Shown piece by piece: positions 27,588-37,019 of a DNA stretch of 59,206 nt; the stretch's first letter is position 1, and every line of letters starts with the position of its first letter. Origin of the DNA: a bacterium (GTDB taxonomy: Bacteria > Patescibacteriota > Minisyncoccia > Sungbacterales > HO2-52-23); contig JAUYPE010000012.1 of assembly GCA_030697705.1 (NCBI GenBank), forward strand, positions 1 through 59,206. The letters are read 5' to 3'. The translations under genes were made by a program, and so were the position numbers. The notes under the pieces are model-generated. The model searched no databases. It saw only the letters and a program-made list of their open reading frames with translations, and was not told the DNA's origin.

Positions 27588-27893
27588 ATGGTTATTAAAA
27601 ACAAAATTTGGATTCCTCTGGTTGCAGTTGTCGCCGCTCTTGCCGCAGGCCTTGTATTTTCGCAGAGCGGCTCGGTGGATGACTTCGGATCGGTTACCAC
27701 TACATCGGCTCACCCAAGAGTGTTCCAACCAGCCGCGAGTGCTGATCCCGACGAGGCGATAACATCGCTCTTCACGGCGGATACCGCAGAAGATGCCCTT
27801 CTCAAAGAGGATGAGCGCGAGGCGTCGGATCTGGATGCTGAAACCCAGATTCTTGATAACCCTGATCAACTCTTCAATGAAATCAATTACTAG
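27588..27893 (+). CDS. hypothetical membrane-anchored acidic protein
   Basis: ORF 27516..27893 trimmed to MVIKNKIWIPLVAVVAALAAGLVF. I preferred it over the antisense ORF 27408..27947 because it has a TM helix and abuts the next gene. Confidence 0.4.
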   Translation: MVIKNKIWIPLVAVVAALAAGLVFSQSGSVDDFGSVTTTSAHPRVFQPAASADPDEAITSLFTADTAEDALLKEDEREASDLDAETQILDNPDQLFNEINY

Positions 27894-27894
27894 C

Positions 27895-28803
27895 ATGCGA
27901 CGCATTACTACGGTGGTTACCGGGATGGTTTTGGTGGTGATGCTCATGACCGCGGGTACGGTTTTCGCCGTCTTTCATTCTGTGGGGAGCGACAGTTCTC
28001 CCACGGCGTCTCCTCCCGTCCGCGGCGGTATACTTAAGCGCGCAGGAGATGCGGTGGGGAAAGATAAACAACAAGATGATAGACAGGGAACAGGAGTGCG
28101 TGCGGATAAACCCGGAGGATTTTGCGCTCGCATTGACGAGCTTATTGCAAAAACGGAAAAGGAAATCAGCGGACTTTCGGGAAAAGTGGACACGCACCGC
28201 GCGGAGCAGGTCGGCAAGATTGAAGATCATAGACAAAATCGTGACCTTGCGAGGGAGAAAGATCGCTCCCGGCGTGATGCTACATTCTTGGCACATATTG
28301 CCAAGCTCAAGGAGCGTGCCGATACGGACGCTAAAAAACAGGCAGTCGCGTCGTACGAGCAAATAATTACTGCGGCACTGGCGGGAAAACAGACCTCGGT
28401 AGACGCGATAACTGCCGCTTATCGGACTGCCGTGGATAAAGCCGTTGCCGATCGGCAAGCTGCGCTCCGGGCTGCGGTAAGCGTGCTTACCGCTACGGTG
28501 AAGACGGCGGAAGAAAAGGCAAGAACCGACTGTGCCGCCGGCATTGCCGATGCAACGATTCGAACCGCGTTCATGCAGGCAATCAAGGCCGCACGCCAAC
28601 GGCTCACTACGGATCGTAAAGCTGCGGAACGAGTGAGAAGTGCGCTTGCTGTTGTGGCGACGGCGCGACAACAATCCTTAAAGACAACCGATGAGGGCTT
28701 CCGCGCTAGCATTGAACTGGCGCGACAAGCGATTGAGGCGGCATTTGGTAAAACCTTGAAGAAGGAGGCCACCCCGTCCGCGGCAGACCAAACGAACCAG
28801 TAG
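27895..28803 (+). CDS. membrane-anchored Ala-rich coiled-coil protein
   Basis: ORF 27793..28803 trimmed to the ATG at 27895, 2 nt after the upstream stop. It has an N-terminal TM and then a long helical A/K/R/D-rich region. Confidence 0.6.
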   Translation: MRRITTVVTGMVLVVMLMTAGTVFAVFHSVGSDSSPTASPPVRGGILKRAGDAVGKDKQQDDRQGTGVRADKPGGFCARIDELIAKTEKEISGLSGKVDTHRAEQVGKIEDHRQNRDLAREKDRSRRDATFLAHIAKLKERADTDAKKQAVASYEQIITAALAGKQTSVDAITAAYRTAVDKAVADRQAALRAAVSVLTATVKTAEEKARTDCAAGIADATIRTAFMQAIKAARQRLTTDRKAAERVRSALAVVATARQQSLKTTDEGFRASIELARQAIEAAFGKTLKKEATPSAADQTNQ

Positions 28804-28930
28804 CTGAGGGCTTAGGGTACCCGCCGGCGGTGGTAAAAGACGGCAATCAAAACTCTGCCCCGATAAAAATTACGGCGGGGTTTTTGATTTCCAAGATATT
28901 TTTTGGACAACCCTGCGTTCAGGCGTTAGA

Positions 28931-29218
28931 ATGGAAACGATGAATAGCATGCCTGAAAAAATGGAAGGAAAGCATGAACGGCGATACGCGCGCATGGATC
29001 ACGCGATCATCAACCAAACGATCGGCTATGTCGTTGCCGCGCTCGGACTTGTTGCGGGTCTTGCGTGGAACGATGCGGTACGCTCGCTTATTGAACACCT
29101 TTTTCCTCTTGCCACGACAACCGTCTCGGCAAAGTTCGTCTACGCGGTTCTCCTGACGCTTGTTATCGCGCTCGTGAGCATTCATCTTGTTAAATTGCAA
29201 AAGAAAGATACCGAATAG
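28931..29218 (+). CDS. small membrane protein (DUF5654-like)
   Basis: 95 aa. The segment IGYVVAALGLVAGLAWNDAVRSLIEHLFP resembles the small two-TM family I recall as DUF5654. Confidence 0.55.
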   Translation: METMNSMPEKMEGKHERRYARMDHAIINQTIGYVVAALGLVAGLAWNDAVRSLIEHLFPLATTTVSAKFVYAVLLTLVIALVSIHLVKLQKKDTE

Positions 29219-29250
29219 ACAAGTATCTCTTCCGCAAAAACGTCAAAATT

Positions 29251-30219
29251 CTATACCAGCGTTGCACCGATTATCGCGGAATATCCTCGCGCAAGTTCGG
29301 CGTCCGTCAGCGAACGACGTCCCCCTAGAATCGCTTTTTTGATAGCCAGACTGCCATGCCCCGTCTTTACGAGGAGTGGGAAGTTTTCGTTGTGCCAGAC
29401 ATAGCCGGCAGAACCCGGTGCCGGCGTATCGGTAACGGCAAGCGCCTCTTCAATCTTAAGACGGTAGATATTCGTTCCCGGCCATATTGTCCACACACCC
29501 GGCCAGGGGTTCAGCGCACGCACCATCCGATCTATGCTTTCTGCCGGACGATCCCATACCGCGCGGCCGTCGTTGCGCTTTAATATTTTTGAAAATGTCG
29601 CCCGCTCATCGTTTTGTGCAACGGGACTTATTTTTTCTGAAAGGTAGTCCGGAATCGTCTCAACAAGCATAGCTGCGCCAAGCTCCGCAAGTGTGTCATG
29701 GAGCACGGGATAGGTCGCGCGTGGCGGCAGGGGAATGGTGCGCTGTGCCATAATCGGTCCGTGATCCATAAGCTCATCAAGAAGCATAATACTCACACCC
29801 GTACGCTCGTCCCCCGCCATGATTGCCGACTGAATAGGGGAGGGGCCGCGCCATTTTGGTAGTAATGAGGGGTGAATATTGAGCGTACCGCGCGGAGCGA
29901 GGTTGAGAATACTGTGCGGAATAATTTTCCCGTACGCTGCGACGACAAAAAGCTCCGCGGACGGAACTTCTTCGGCAAACTGCTTCGCGTCAAATCCTTC
30001 CGGCTGGAATACGGGAATACCCAAACGCTTCGCCGTGACTTTAACGGGCGGCGGCGTTATTATTTGGTCCCGCCCCGCCGGTTCGTCTGGCCGCGTTACG
30101 ACACCAACGACCGAATAGCCGTTCTTTACCAACGCCTCCAGCGCTGGCACGGCAAAGAGGGGAGTGCCGAAGAAGAGGAGGGGAGTAGTGTTGACAATAT
30201 TTTTATTTTGATTTATCAT
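29251..30219 (-). CDS. fmt: methionyl-tRNA formyltransferase
   Basis: ORF 29251..30474 trimmed to the Met before LLFFGTPLFAVPALEAL. Contains the HPSLLPKWRGPSPIQ motif. Confidence 0.92.
   Translation of the reverse strand: MINQNKNIVNTTPLLFFGTPLFAVPALEALVKNGYSVVGVVTRPDEPAGRDQIITPPPVKVTAKRLGIPVFQPEGFDAKQFAEEVPSAELFVVAAYGKIIPHSILNLAPRGTLNIHPSLLPKWRGPSPIQSAIMAGDERTGVSIMLLDELMDHGPIMAQRTIPLPPRATYPVLHDTLAELGAAMLVETIPDYLSEKISPVAQNDERATFSKILKRNDGRAVWDRPAESIDRMVRALNPWPGVWTIWPGTNIYRLKIEEALAVTDTPAPGSAGYVWHNENFPLLVKTGHGSLAIKKAILGGRRSLTDAELARGYSAIIGATLV
30191..30219 (+). promoter_or_regulatory. sigma70-like promoter (TTGACA-17 nt-TATCAT) overlapping the fmt start codon on the opposite strand
   Basis: TTGACA at 30191..30196 and TATCAT at 30214..30219. 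The CAT of the -10 is the complement of the fmt ATG. Confidence 0.55.
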
Positions 30220-30264
30220 ACAATGGTGAGTTCCTCTTCTATATCCTTTCAGAGGAGTTGAAGT

Positions 30265-30585
30265 ATGCAACAGGTACAAACGTGGCAGGACAATCCCAAT
30301 CATTGGCGTACTGTGCAAGCAACACGGATTCAGGATGGTTACGACGACGATGTCAATGTGAGTGCGGTGCAAGAGGCGATTGACGAATTGCGCGAGGGCA
30401 AACCCGACAAGGCCATCGCCAAGTTGGAGATATGGCAGGAGTTTGCCTACGAGGATTCTGCACGAGACCCTCAACAGCTCGCAGTGGAGCTAGAGACATC
30501 GGTTGAGATGGCGCTTGGTAGTATTGAGATTGCCGCAAGCGATGCCAAGCGTCTCCTCGGTTGGATAAGAGCTCTGCGGTCGTAG
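30265..30585 (+). CDS. hypothetical acidic protein (106 aa)
   Basis: Has a consensus promoter, an SD (GAGGAG) and a strong terminator. No family recognised. Confidence 0.55.
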   Translation: MQQVQTWQDNPNHWRTVQATRIQDGYDDDVNVSAVQEAIDELREGKPDKAIAKLEIWQEFAYEDSARDPQQLAVELETSVEMALGSIEIAASDAKRLLGWIRALRS

Positions 30586-30620
30586 GCGGGAAGCGGGAAA
30601 TCTCGTGAGCGGGTCAACAG

Positions 30621-30655
30621 GGGACGGATGCCAAGGCATCCGTCCCTATTTTTTT
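30621..30655 (+). terminator. intrinsic terminator
   Basis: GGGACGGATGCC-AA-GGCATCCGTCCC followed by TATTTTTTT. The def stop codon lies in the base of the stem. Confidence 0.75.
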
Positions 30656-31248
30656 GTTTCCAGCTTATCCGGTTTATCCGCAATGTCCAACCACTCGTCC
30701 ACCTTATCAATAAAAAGCGTACCGTCCAGATGGTCAAGTTCGTGCTGGATAACGCGCGCGAAAAATCGAGATGCGCCGCGCGTGAATTTCTTACCCTCCT
30801 CGTCGTACGCCTCAACCGTTATCTTCTCGCTCCTCCCCACCATGCCGTATTTTTTTGGTACGGACAAGCATCCTTCGGGCGCATGAATCTTCCGGCGCGC
30901 GACTTTTTTGACGACAGGATTGATAAAAACATAATACTTCCACGGGCGCGGTTCGTATATAAGCTCATCCCCATGCTCACCCGTTTTTTTCTTGTGCTCC
31001 TCGCGCCGTCGCTCAAGTTTATCAATCTCCTCCGCCTCTTCGGAAACAATAAAAAGGCGCACAGATCTGCCGACTTGGGGCGCGGCAAGACCCACGCCGT
31101 CAGCGGTATTTTTTAAAGTCTCGCACATGGCGGCAATGAGGTCCTGTACCGCCTCGCCGGTCATGTCAGCTGGTGAGAGAGGAGCCGCAGACGCGCGAAG
31201 AACGGCGTGCGGATTTTTAAGAATGGGAAGTGGTGCGGTGGGGGGCAT
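30646..31248 (-). CDS. def: peptide deformylase with a charged insertion of about 25-30 aa
   Basis: ORF 30646..31530 trimmed to MPPTAPLPILKNP. Motifs GVGLAAPQVG, EGCLSVP and QHELDHLDG are present. The extra segment EEAEEIDKLERRREEHKKKTGEHGDE lies between motifs 1 and 2. Confidence 0.92.
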   Translation of the reverse strand: MPPTAPLPILKNPHAVLRASAAPLSPADMTGEAVQDLIAAMCETLKNTADGVGLAAPQVGRSVRLFIVSEEAEEIDKLERRREEHKKKTGEHGDELIYEPRPWKYYVFINPVVKKVARRKIHAPEGCLSVPKKYGMVGRSEKITVEAYDEEGKKFTRGASRFFARVIQHELDHLDGTLFIDKVDEWLDIADKPDKLETKK

Positions 31249-31576
31249 GTTTTTTTGGCAGGTGCTTTTTTGACAATGCTGTGTGGATTGTTTTTTTCTT
31301 GCGTATAGGTTTTTTCTTTTTTCTTGGAAGTGGGCGGAGCCCTCGAAGAGGACGGAGTCCCCGCAGAGCGGCAAAAAAATACTTGCCTCTGGCGTCTGAC
31401 GGCAGGTCGGACTTTTCCAAAACACGGCGGAGAAGACCTCGTAAATCAGACTCGCTATAGCGCACCGCGACACCCAAATACGAACCAAACCGCCCGAGCT
31501 CGCCCAAGGAGCGCGCCAAGTCGTCGGCAAGCAGATGGACGCGCGAATGAAGTTTTTTGTCCGGCGTAAGGCGCAT
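31217..31576 (-). CDS. hypothetical protein with a Lys/Arg-rich tail, overlapping the def start
   Basis: 119 aa ORF with a helical N-terminal half and a C-terminal RKKKKPIRKKK tract. It overlaps def by 32 nt. Uncertain. Confidence 0.3.
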   Translation of the reverse strand: MRLTPDKKLHSRVHLLADDLARSLGELGRFGSYLGVAVRYSESDLRGLLRRVLEKSDLPSDARGKYFFAALRGLRPLRGLRPLPRKKKKPIRKKKTIHTALSKKHLPKKHAPHRTTSHS

Positions 31577-31629
31577 AAACTATGGCACTAAGAGAATCAT
31601 CCTCGTTTATCCTAGCAAAAATGTCCCAT

Positions 31630-31658
31630 TTGAACAACATTGATTTTTGAGGTATAAT
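31630..31658 (+). promoter_or_regulatory. sigma70-like promoter (TTGAAC-17 nt-TATAAT) placing the transcription start at or near the murC ATG
   Basis: TTGAAC at 31630..31635 and TATAAT at 31653..31658. The murC ATG at 31665 is 7 nt downstream of the -10. Confidence 0.55.
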
Positions 31659-31664
31659 AAATTT

Positions 31665-32966
31665 ATGAAAGTTCACTTTGTCGGTATCGGCGGCATAGGC
31701 GTCAGTGCGCTTGCAAGGTATTATCGTGCCGTGGGGCATACTGTAAGTGGCTCGGATGCCGTGCCATCGGAGATTACCGCGGAGCTTGCGCACCGTGGTG
31801 TTGGCGTTGTTATTGGCGAACATACGGCGGAAAATATTCCCCCGTCCGTGGATCGCGTTATCCACACCGCAGCCGTTTTACCGGAAAATCCTGAGCTTGC
31901 CGCCGCACGGGAGAGAGACATTCCTGTCCACAGTTATGCCGAGGCGATCGGGGAACTGACGCGTCACCAACGCACTATTGCCGTCTCCGGTTCTCACGGC
32001 AAGAGCACAACCACGGCACTTATTGCACTCGTTCTTGAAGAGGGATATTTTGATCCGACCGTTATTATTGGCACCAAACTTCGAGAGTTCGGCGGTACCA
32101 ACTTTCGGCAGGGAAAAGGGCCGTTTCTCGTTCTTGAGGCAGATGAGTGGAATAAATCGTTCCTCAATTACAGCCCGTACGCGGTTGTCTTAACTAATAT
32201 TGACGCGGAACATCTTGATACGTATGGCACTATTGCAGACGTTGAAGAAGCTTTTCACGAGTACCTTCTCAAAGTTCCTAAGGACGGCTTTATCGTAGCA
32301 AATGCCGATGACGAGCGCATCCGGCATATTACCCGCGATATTCCTGCGCGCATCGTGTGGTATTCACAAAAAAATCCCGTTGCCGAGACCGTTAAGCGTA
32401 CCCTCAAAATATCAGGTCGGCATAATCTCGCCAACGCACTTGCCGCACTTCATCTGGGGCGGGAACTTGGTATCAGCGAGCCAGCTATTCTCAAGGCACT
32501 GGGAAGTTATCACGGTGCGTGGCGGCGTTTTGAGCTCAAAGGCATCAAGAATGGTGCGTATATCTTTGCCGACTACGGACACCATCCGCGTGAGATCGCG
32601 GCAACGCTCGCCGGTGCTCGTGAGCGTTTCCCTTCCCGCCGTATCTGGTGCGTCTACCAGCCGCACCAGTATGCGCGATTGAATCATTTATGGAATGATT
32701 TCCTTGATGCGTTTGACGGTGCGGATCGCGTTACACTCCTTCCCGTCTATACCGTTGCAGGTCGTGAGGTTGAAAACCATCCTACACACACCTCGGAGAA
32801 GCTCGCTGCCGCTCTTACCGCGCGGGGGAGATATACGGAATATCTTCCATCGTTTGGTGTGGCGCATAAATATCTCGCGCGCGATATCCGCGCCGGCGAT
32901 GTCGTTCTCTTTATGGGCGCGGGAACTATTTACGATCTCACAAACGATTTTCTCGCCGTAGCGTAA
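31665..32966 (+). CDS. murC: UDP-N-acetylmuramate--L-alanine ligase
   Basis: MKVHFVGIGGIGVSALA, P-loop GSHGKSTT and the Mur ligase C-domain. ORF 31647 trimmed to the ATG at 31665. Confidence 0.93.
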   Translation: MKVHFVGIGGIGVSALARYYRAVGHTVSGSDAVPSEITAELAHRGVGVVIGEHTAENIPPSVDRVIHTAAVLPENPELAAARERDIPVHSYAEAIGELTRHQRTIAVSGSHGKSTTTALIALVLEEGYFDPTVIIGTKLREFGGTNFRQGKGPFLVLEADEWNKSFLNYSPYAVVLTNIDAEHLDTYGTIADVEEAFHEYLLKVPKDGFIVANADDERIRHITRDIPARIVWYSQKNPVAETVKRTLKISGRHNLANALAALHLGRELGISEPAILKALGSYHGAWRRFELKGIKNGAYIFADYGHHPREIAATLAGARERFPSRRIWCVYQPHQYARLNHLWNDFLDAFDGADRVTLLPVYTVAGREVENHPTHTSEKLAAALTARGRYTEYLPSFGVAHKYLARDIRAGDVVLFMGAGTIYDLTNDFLAVA

Positions 32967-33036
32967 GTGCGGATACGCCAACCGTTTTTCTTTGAGGGTG
33001 ATGGGTCAGTTGACCTGCATGGACGCTTCTGCAATA

Positions 33037-34275
33037 ATGAACGAGATGCCTCCCTCCGTACCTGGAAAAAATCTTACGCGAGTCCTGTCAGCTCTCACAG
33101 CTCTCCTTCTCATCGGGGCGAGTTTTTTTGCCGGCGCATGGTGGGGAACTGCCAACCGTCCCGCGGTGGAGCGCATTACCAATATACTGCATAAAGAACA
33201 GCCCGCGAATTTTGCGGATGTTGATTTTAATCTTTTTTGGGATGTCTGGACGCGCCTGGAGAGCAAGCATGTTGACAAGGGTACCATTGATCGCAAAAAA
33301 ATTCTTTATGGTGCCATCGCCGGCATGGTCGGTTCGCTTGGCGATCCATATACCGAGTTTTTCCCGCCGGCCGAGACAAAGCAATTCCAGCAGGATATCA
33401 AAGGGTCGTTTGAGGGTATCGGTGCCGAAATCGGCATCCGTAAGGGATTCCTTACCATTATTGCACCGCTCAAGGGAAGTCCGGCTGAAGCGGCGGGGCT
33501 CAAGTCCGGCGACAAGATTCTCAAAATAGCCGATCGTATTACGGCGGATCTTAATTTGGATGAGGCGGTCCGGCTCATCCGCGGTCCCAAGGGTACGACA
33601 GTTGCATTTGTGATTGCCCGCGAAGGTGAGCAAAAACCACTCACCATCACCGTCACGCGCGATACCATAAAGGTTATTATCTTGGAGACGGAAAAAAAGC
33701 AGGATGGCATTTTTGTGATCAAACTGTATCACTTCAGCGAGAATGCGCCTGACGAATTCCGCAAGGCGGTTCAGGAGTTTCGCTCGAGCGGCGCAAAAAA
33801 ACTCGTGCTTGACATGCGCAACAATCCGGGCGGCTACCTCACCGGCGCGGTTGATATTGCGAGCTGGTTTCTCTCCTCGGGCGAGATTGTCGTCAAAGAA
33901 CAGTTTTCGGACGGCACCTCTGACGCCTACCGGTCAAGCGGCTATCAGGGGATTCAGGATATTCCGGTGGTTGTTCTCATTAATCAAGGTTCGGCATCTG
34001 CCTCCGAGATTGTTGCCGGAGCGCTCCGAGACGTGCGCGGTTTCAAACTTGTCGGTCAGAAATCATTCGGCAAGGGCTCGGTACAGGAGGTGGAGAACCT
34101 GGCGGAGAATTCCTCCATTAAGATCACAATCGCCAAGTGGCTCACGCCAAAAGGAGGCGAGATTAACGGCAAGGGTCTTGAGCCGGATGTCGCGGTTGAG
34201 ATGAAGCCCGATCAGAAAGACAACGAAGACCCGACGATGGATAAAGCGTTGGAAATCCTGCGGGGGATGAAATAA
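33037..34275 (+). CDS. carboxyl-terminal processing protease (S41 family)
   Basis: N-terminal TM, PDZ segment (GSPAEAAGLKSGDKILKI) and catalytic region (NPGGYL, GSASASEI). The start is uncertain (32992..33037). Confidence 0.9.
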   Translation: MNEMPPSVPGKNLTRVLSALTALLLIGASFFAGAWWGTANRPAVERITNILHKEQPANFADVDFNLFWDVWTRLESKHVDKGTIDRKKILYGAIAGMVGSLGDPYTEFFPPAETKQFQQDIKGSFEGIGAEIGIRKGFLTIIAPLKGSPAEAAGLKSGDKILKIADRITADLNLDEAVRLIRGPKGTTVAFVIAREGEQKPLTITVTRDTIKVIILETEKKQDGIFVIKLYHFSENAPDEFRKAVQEFRSSGAKKLVLDMRNNPGGYLTGAVDIASWFLSSGEIVVKEQFSDGTSDAYRSSGYQGIQDIPVVVLINQGSASASEIVAGALRDVRGFKLVGQKSFGKGSVQEVENLAENSSIKITIAKWLTPKGGEINGKGLEPDVAVEMKPDQKDNEDPTMDKALEILRGMK

Positions 34276-34295
34276 TGAGTTATGTGTATCGGATT

Positions 34296-34826
34296 ATGAA
34301 AGTCGCCGTAGGTTCGCACAATCCCGCAAAAATAGAAGCTGTACGCATGGCGTTTTCGGCTGTCTGGCCGAACGAGGAGTGGGAGGTTTTTGGCACAGCC
34401 GTCTCTTCCGGCATCGCCAATCAGCCCATGAGCGATGAGGAGTCCATCCGCGGAGCGCAAAACCGCGCCCGTGCCGCCCGCGAGAGTGCAGGTGCTGATT
34501 GGGGCGTAGGGCTTGAAGGGGGACTACACTGCGTGAATGAGCGGTATTTTGACTGCGGATGGATCATTGTTTCCGATTCTGCTGGTAATGAGGGTATCGG
34601 CTCCACGGCGCGCATAATCGTGCCGGAGCGCGTTATGGCGCTTATCCATCAAGGTAAGGAACTTGGCGATGTGAACGACGAGCTCTTCGGTGTAAAAAAT
34701 TCAAAACAGCACGAGGGGTACTTTGGTTTAATGACGAAAAACGCCATGACCCGTGCGGGAACATATCGCGACGGCGTCATCGTGGCGCTCTCCCGCTTCG
34801 TCCATCCGCATTTGTTTGATGAGTAA
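34296..34826 (+). CDS. inosine/xanthosine triphosphatase (YjjX/DUF84-like NTPase)
   Basis: MKVAVGSHNPAKIEAV...ANQPMSDEESIRGAQNRA pattern. ORF 34275 trimmed to the ATG at 34296. Confidence 0.8.
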   Translation: MKVAVGSHNPAKIEAVRMAFSAVWPNEEWEVFGTAVSSGIANQPMSDEESIRGAQNRARAARESAGADWGVGLEGGLHCVNERYFDCGWIIVSDSAGNEGIGSTARIIVPERVMALIHQGKELGDVNDELFGVKNSKQHEGYFGLMTKNAMTRAGTYRDGVIVALSRFVHPHLFDE

Positions 34827-34844
34827 GAGTATCGCTGTGCCTGT

Positions 34845-35294
34845 ATGAAAGTCATTCTTTTGAGAGATATTCCAAGTTTGGGACAGCGCGGCGCGCTCAA
34901 AGACGTAAGCGCGGGGCATGCGCGCAATTTTCTTTTGCCCCGCGGACTTGCGCGTGCCGCGACACCCGGTGATTCTCGGGTACTAGAACAAACGCACCAA
35001 CATAAAGAAAAACACACCGCCGCGGCACAATCCGCGTATCACGATACCGCCCAGCGACTGGCCGGCATCACGCTTATGTTTACCCGGAAAGCTTCGCCGA
35101 CGGGCACACTCTTTGCCGCACTTGGTGCGCAGGATATCCGATCGGTATTGATGCGAGAGTATGCCATTACCGTTAACGAAGAATGGATTATTTTTACCGA
35201 ACCGATTAAAAAAATAGGTACGTATGAAATTACCATTCATTTTCCTTCCGGTGAAAAAGGAATGATCAAGGTGCAGGTAAACACGGAGTTGTAA
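34845..35294 (+). CDS. rplI: 50S ribosomal protein L9
   Basis: MKVILLRDIPSLGQRGALKDVSAGHARNFLLPRGLA is the conserved L9 N-domain. Confidence 0.92.
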   Translation: MKVILLRDIPSLGQRGALKDVSAGHARNFLLPRGLARAATPGDSRVLEQTHQHKEKHTAAAQSAYHDTAQRLAGITLMFTRKASPTGTLFAALGAQDIRSVLMREYAITVNEEWIIFTEPIKKIGTYEITIHFPSGEKGMIKVQVNTEL

Positions 35295-35309
35295 GGAGAT
35301 TTATCAAGT

Positions 35310-36962
35310 ATGGCAAAATACATTTTCGTATGCGGCGGGGTCATTTCAGGCGTCGGGAAGGGGATTACGACCTCGTCCATCGCGCTTTTATTACAATCCA
35401 GCGGCTACCGCGTAAGCGCGATTAAAATTGACCCCTACATCAATGTGGATGCCGGGACGATCCGCCCGACGGAGCATGGCGAGGTATTCGTCACCGACGA
35501 TGGCATGGAGACGGACCAGGATATCGGGAATTACGAGCGCTTTCTGAACCACGATATCCTCGGGATGAATTATATGACGACGGGGTCGGTCTATCTGACC
35601 GTCATTCAGCGTGAACGGAATCTTGAGTATAACGGCACTACGGTTGAAGTCGTACCGCACATTCCCCACGAGATTATCCGGCGCATCGAATATGTGGCAC
35701 ATGCGACACGATCAGATTTTGTTTTAATAGAAATCGGCGGGACGGTAGGGGAGTACCAGAATCTTATTTTTTTGGAAGCGGCGCGCATGATGCGCATGCG
35801 TTCGCCGCAGGACGTGTTGTTTGTACTCGTCTCATATTTGCCGGTACCGCCAAAAATCGGGGAGATGAAAACCAAGCCGACCCAGCTTGCCGCGCGGATG
35901 TTGAATGAAGCGGGGATTCAGGCGAATATTATCGTGTGTCGTTCTGACCATCCTATTGATATCGCCCGCAAGGAAAAGATCTCTCTCTTTTGCAATATCG
36001 GCACCAGCCAGGTCATTTCCGCTCCCGATGTTGACTCCATCTACGAAGTACCGCTCAATTTTGCGGACGAGCACCTCACCGAATCGCTTCTGGCACAGGC
36101 ATCCCTGCCTGTGCGCACGCCGGATATGTTGACATGGCATACACTGGTGGAGACCATCCGCGGTGTCACCAAGCCCGTGCGTATTGCCATTGTCGGCAAG
36201 TATTTCCAGACGGGCGACTATGTTCTTTCGGATTCTTACATCTCCGTCATTGAGGCGATTAAACATGCGAGCTGGAAAAACGGCGTGAAGTCCGAAATCA
36301 CCTGGCTCAACGCGGAGGAGTACGAACAGGATCCAAGCATACTCGCCAACCTTGATGCATACGATGGCGTCATTGTTCCCGGAGGTTTTGGCAGGAGAGG
36401 TGTTGAGGGAAAGATTTTCGCCGTCCAGTACGTCCGCGAGCACAAAATTCCCTATCTCGGTCTCTGCTACGGACTCCAAATGGCGGTTATTGAATTTGCC
36501 CGCAATGTCTGCGGCATGTCCGATGCGCATACAACCGAGGTAAATGCCGCTACGCCCGATCCTGTCATTGATACGATGGCGGAACAGGTCGCCAACATCA
36601 AGGAAAAGCGGTTGGGCGGTTCTATGCGACTTGGAGCGTACCCGTGTACACTTACTCCCGATACTATCAGCGCCCGCGCTTATGGCACAGAGAGCATTAG
36701 TGAGCGGCATCGCCATCGCTATGAAGTAAATAACGCTTATCGCGACCGGCTTGCCAACGGAGGACTCGTTTTCGCCGGTCTCAACCATGAGCGTGACCTG
36801 GTGGAAATTATTGAACTTCCCGTATTGGACCAACCATCGGGGCATCCGTTTTTTGTAGCAACCCAATTCCATCCGGAACTCAAATCGCGTCCTCTGGCAC
36901 CCCATCCCTTATTCATCGCGTTTATTCAGGCCGCGATTGCAAAAAGAGAGAAATCTGCATAG
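35310..36962 (+). CDS. pyrG: CTP synthase
   Basis: 550 aa with GGVISGVGKG, amidotransferase GLCYGLQ and HRHRYEVN. Confidence 0.97.
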   Translation: MAKYIFVCGGVISGVGKGITTSSIALLLQSSGYRVSAIKIDPYINVDAGTIRPTEHGEVFVTDDGMETDQDIGNYERFLNHDILGMNYMTTGSVYLTVIQRERNLEYNGTTVEVVPHIPHEIIRRIEYVAHATRSDFVLIEIGGTVGEYQNLIFLEAARMMRMRSPQDVLFVLVSYLPVPPKIGEMKTKPTQLAARMLNEAGIQANIIVCRSDHPIDIARKEKISLFCNIGTSQVISAPDVDSIYEVPLNFADEHLTESLLAQASLPVRTPDMLTWHTLVETIRGVTKPVRIAIVGKYFQTGDYVLSDSYISVIEAIKHASWKNGVKSEITWLNAEEYEQDPSILANLDAYDGVIVPGGFGRRGVEGKIFAVQYVREHKIPYLGLCYGLQMAVIEFARNVCGMSDAHTTEVNAATPDPVIDTMAEQVANIKEKRLGGSMRLGAYPCTLTPDTISARAYGTESISERHRHRYEVNNAYRDRLANGGLVFAGLNHERDLVEIIELPVLDQPSGHPFFVATQFHPELKSRPLAPHPLFIAFIQAAIAKREKSA

Positions 36963-36989
36963 AAAAAAGCGGCACAAAACCGCTTTTTT
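36963..36989. terminator. bidirectional intrinsic terminator
   Basis: AAAAAAGCGG-CACAAAA-CCGCTTTTTT between the convergent pyrG and rpmA. Confidence 0.7.
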
Positions 36990-37019
36990 CTGAATCAATC
37001 GTACTACCGTGAATCTTTG

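Noticed and set aside
27408-27947. 179 aa minus-strand ORF between nfo and the coiled-coil protein.
   Set aside because: It has no motifs and overlaps two plus-strand ORFs that have TM anchors and abut each other (stop at 27893, start at 27895). The plus-strand reading is more coherent.
35832-36905. Long antisense ORF (357 aa) opposite pyrG. Similar antisense or overlapping ORFs occur at 13751..14488, 13948..14805, 27883..28674, 6774..7406, 16532..17170, 18822..19367, 46640..47266 and 52857..53519.
   Set aside because: Each lies opposite a gene with strong family motifs, has no recognisable motifs of its own and shows a skewed R/S/P/G-rich composition. Such ORFs are typical open antisense frames in moderately GC-rich DNA.
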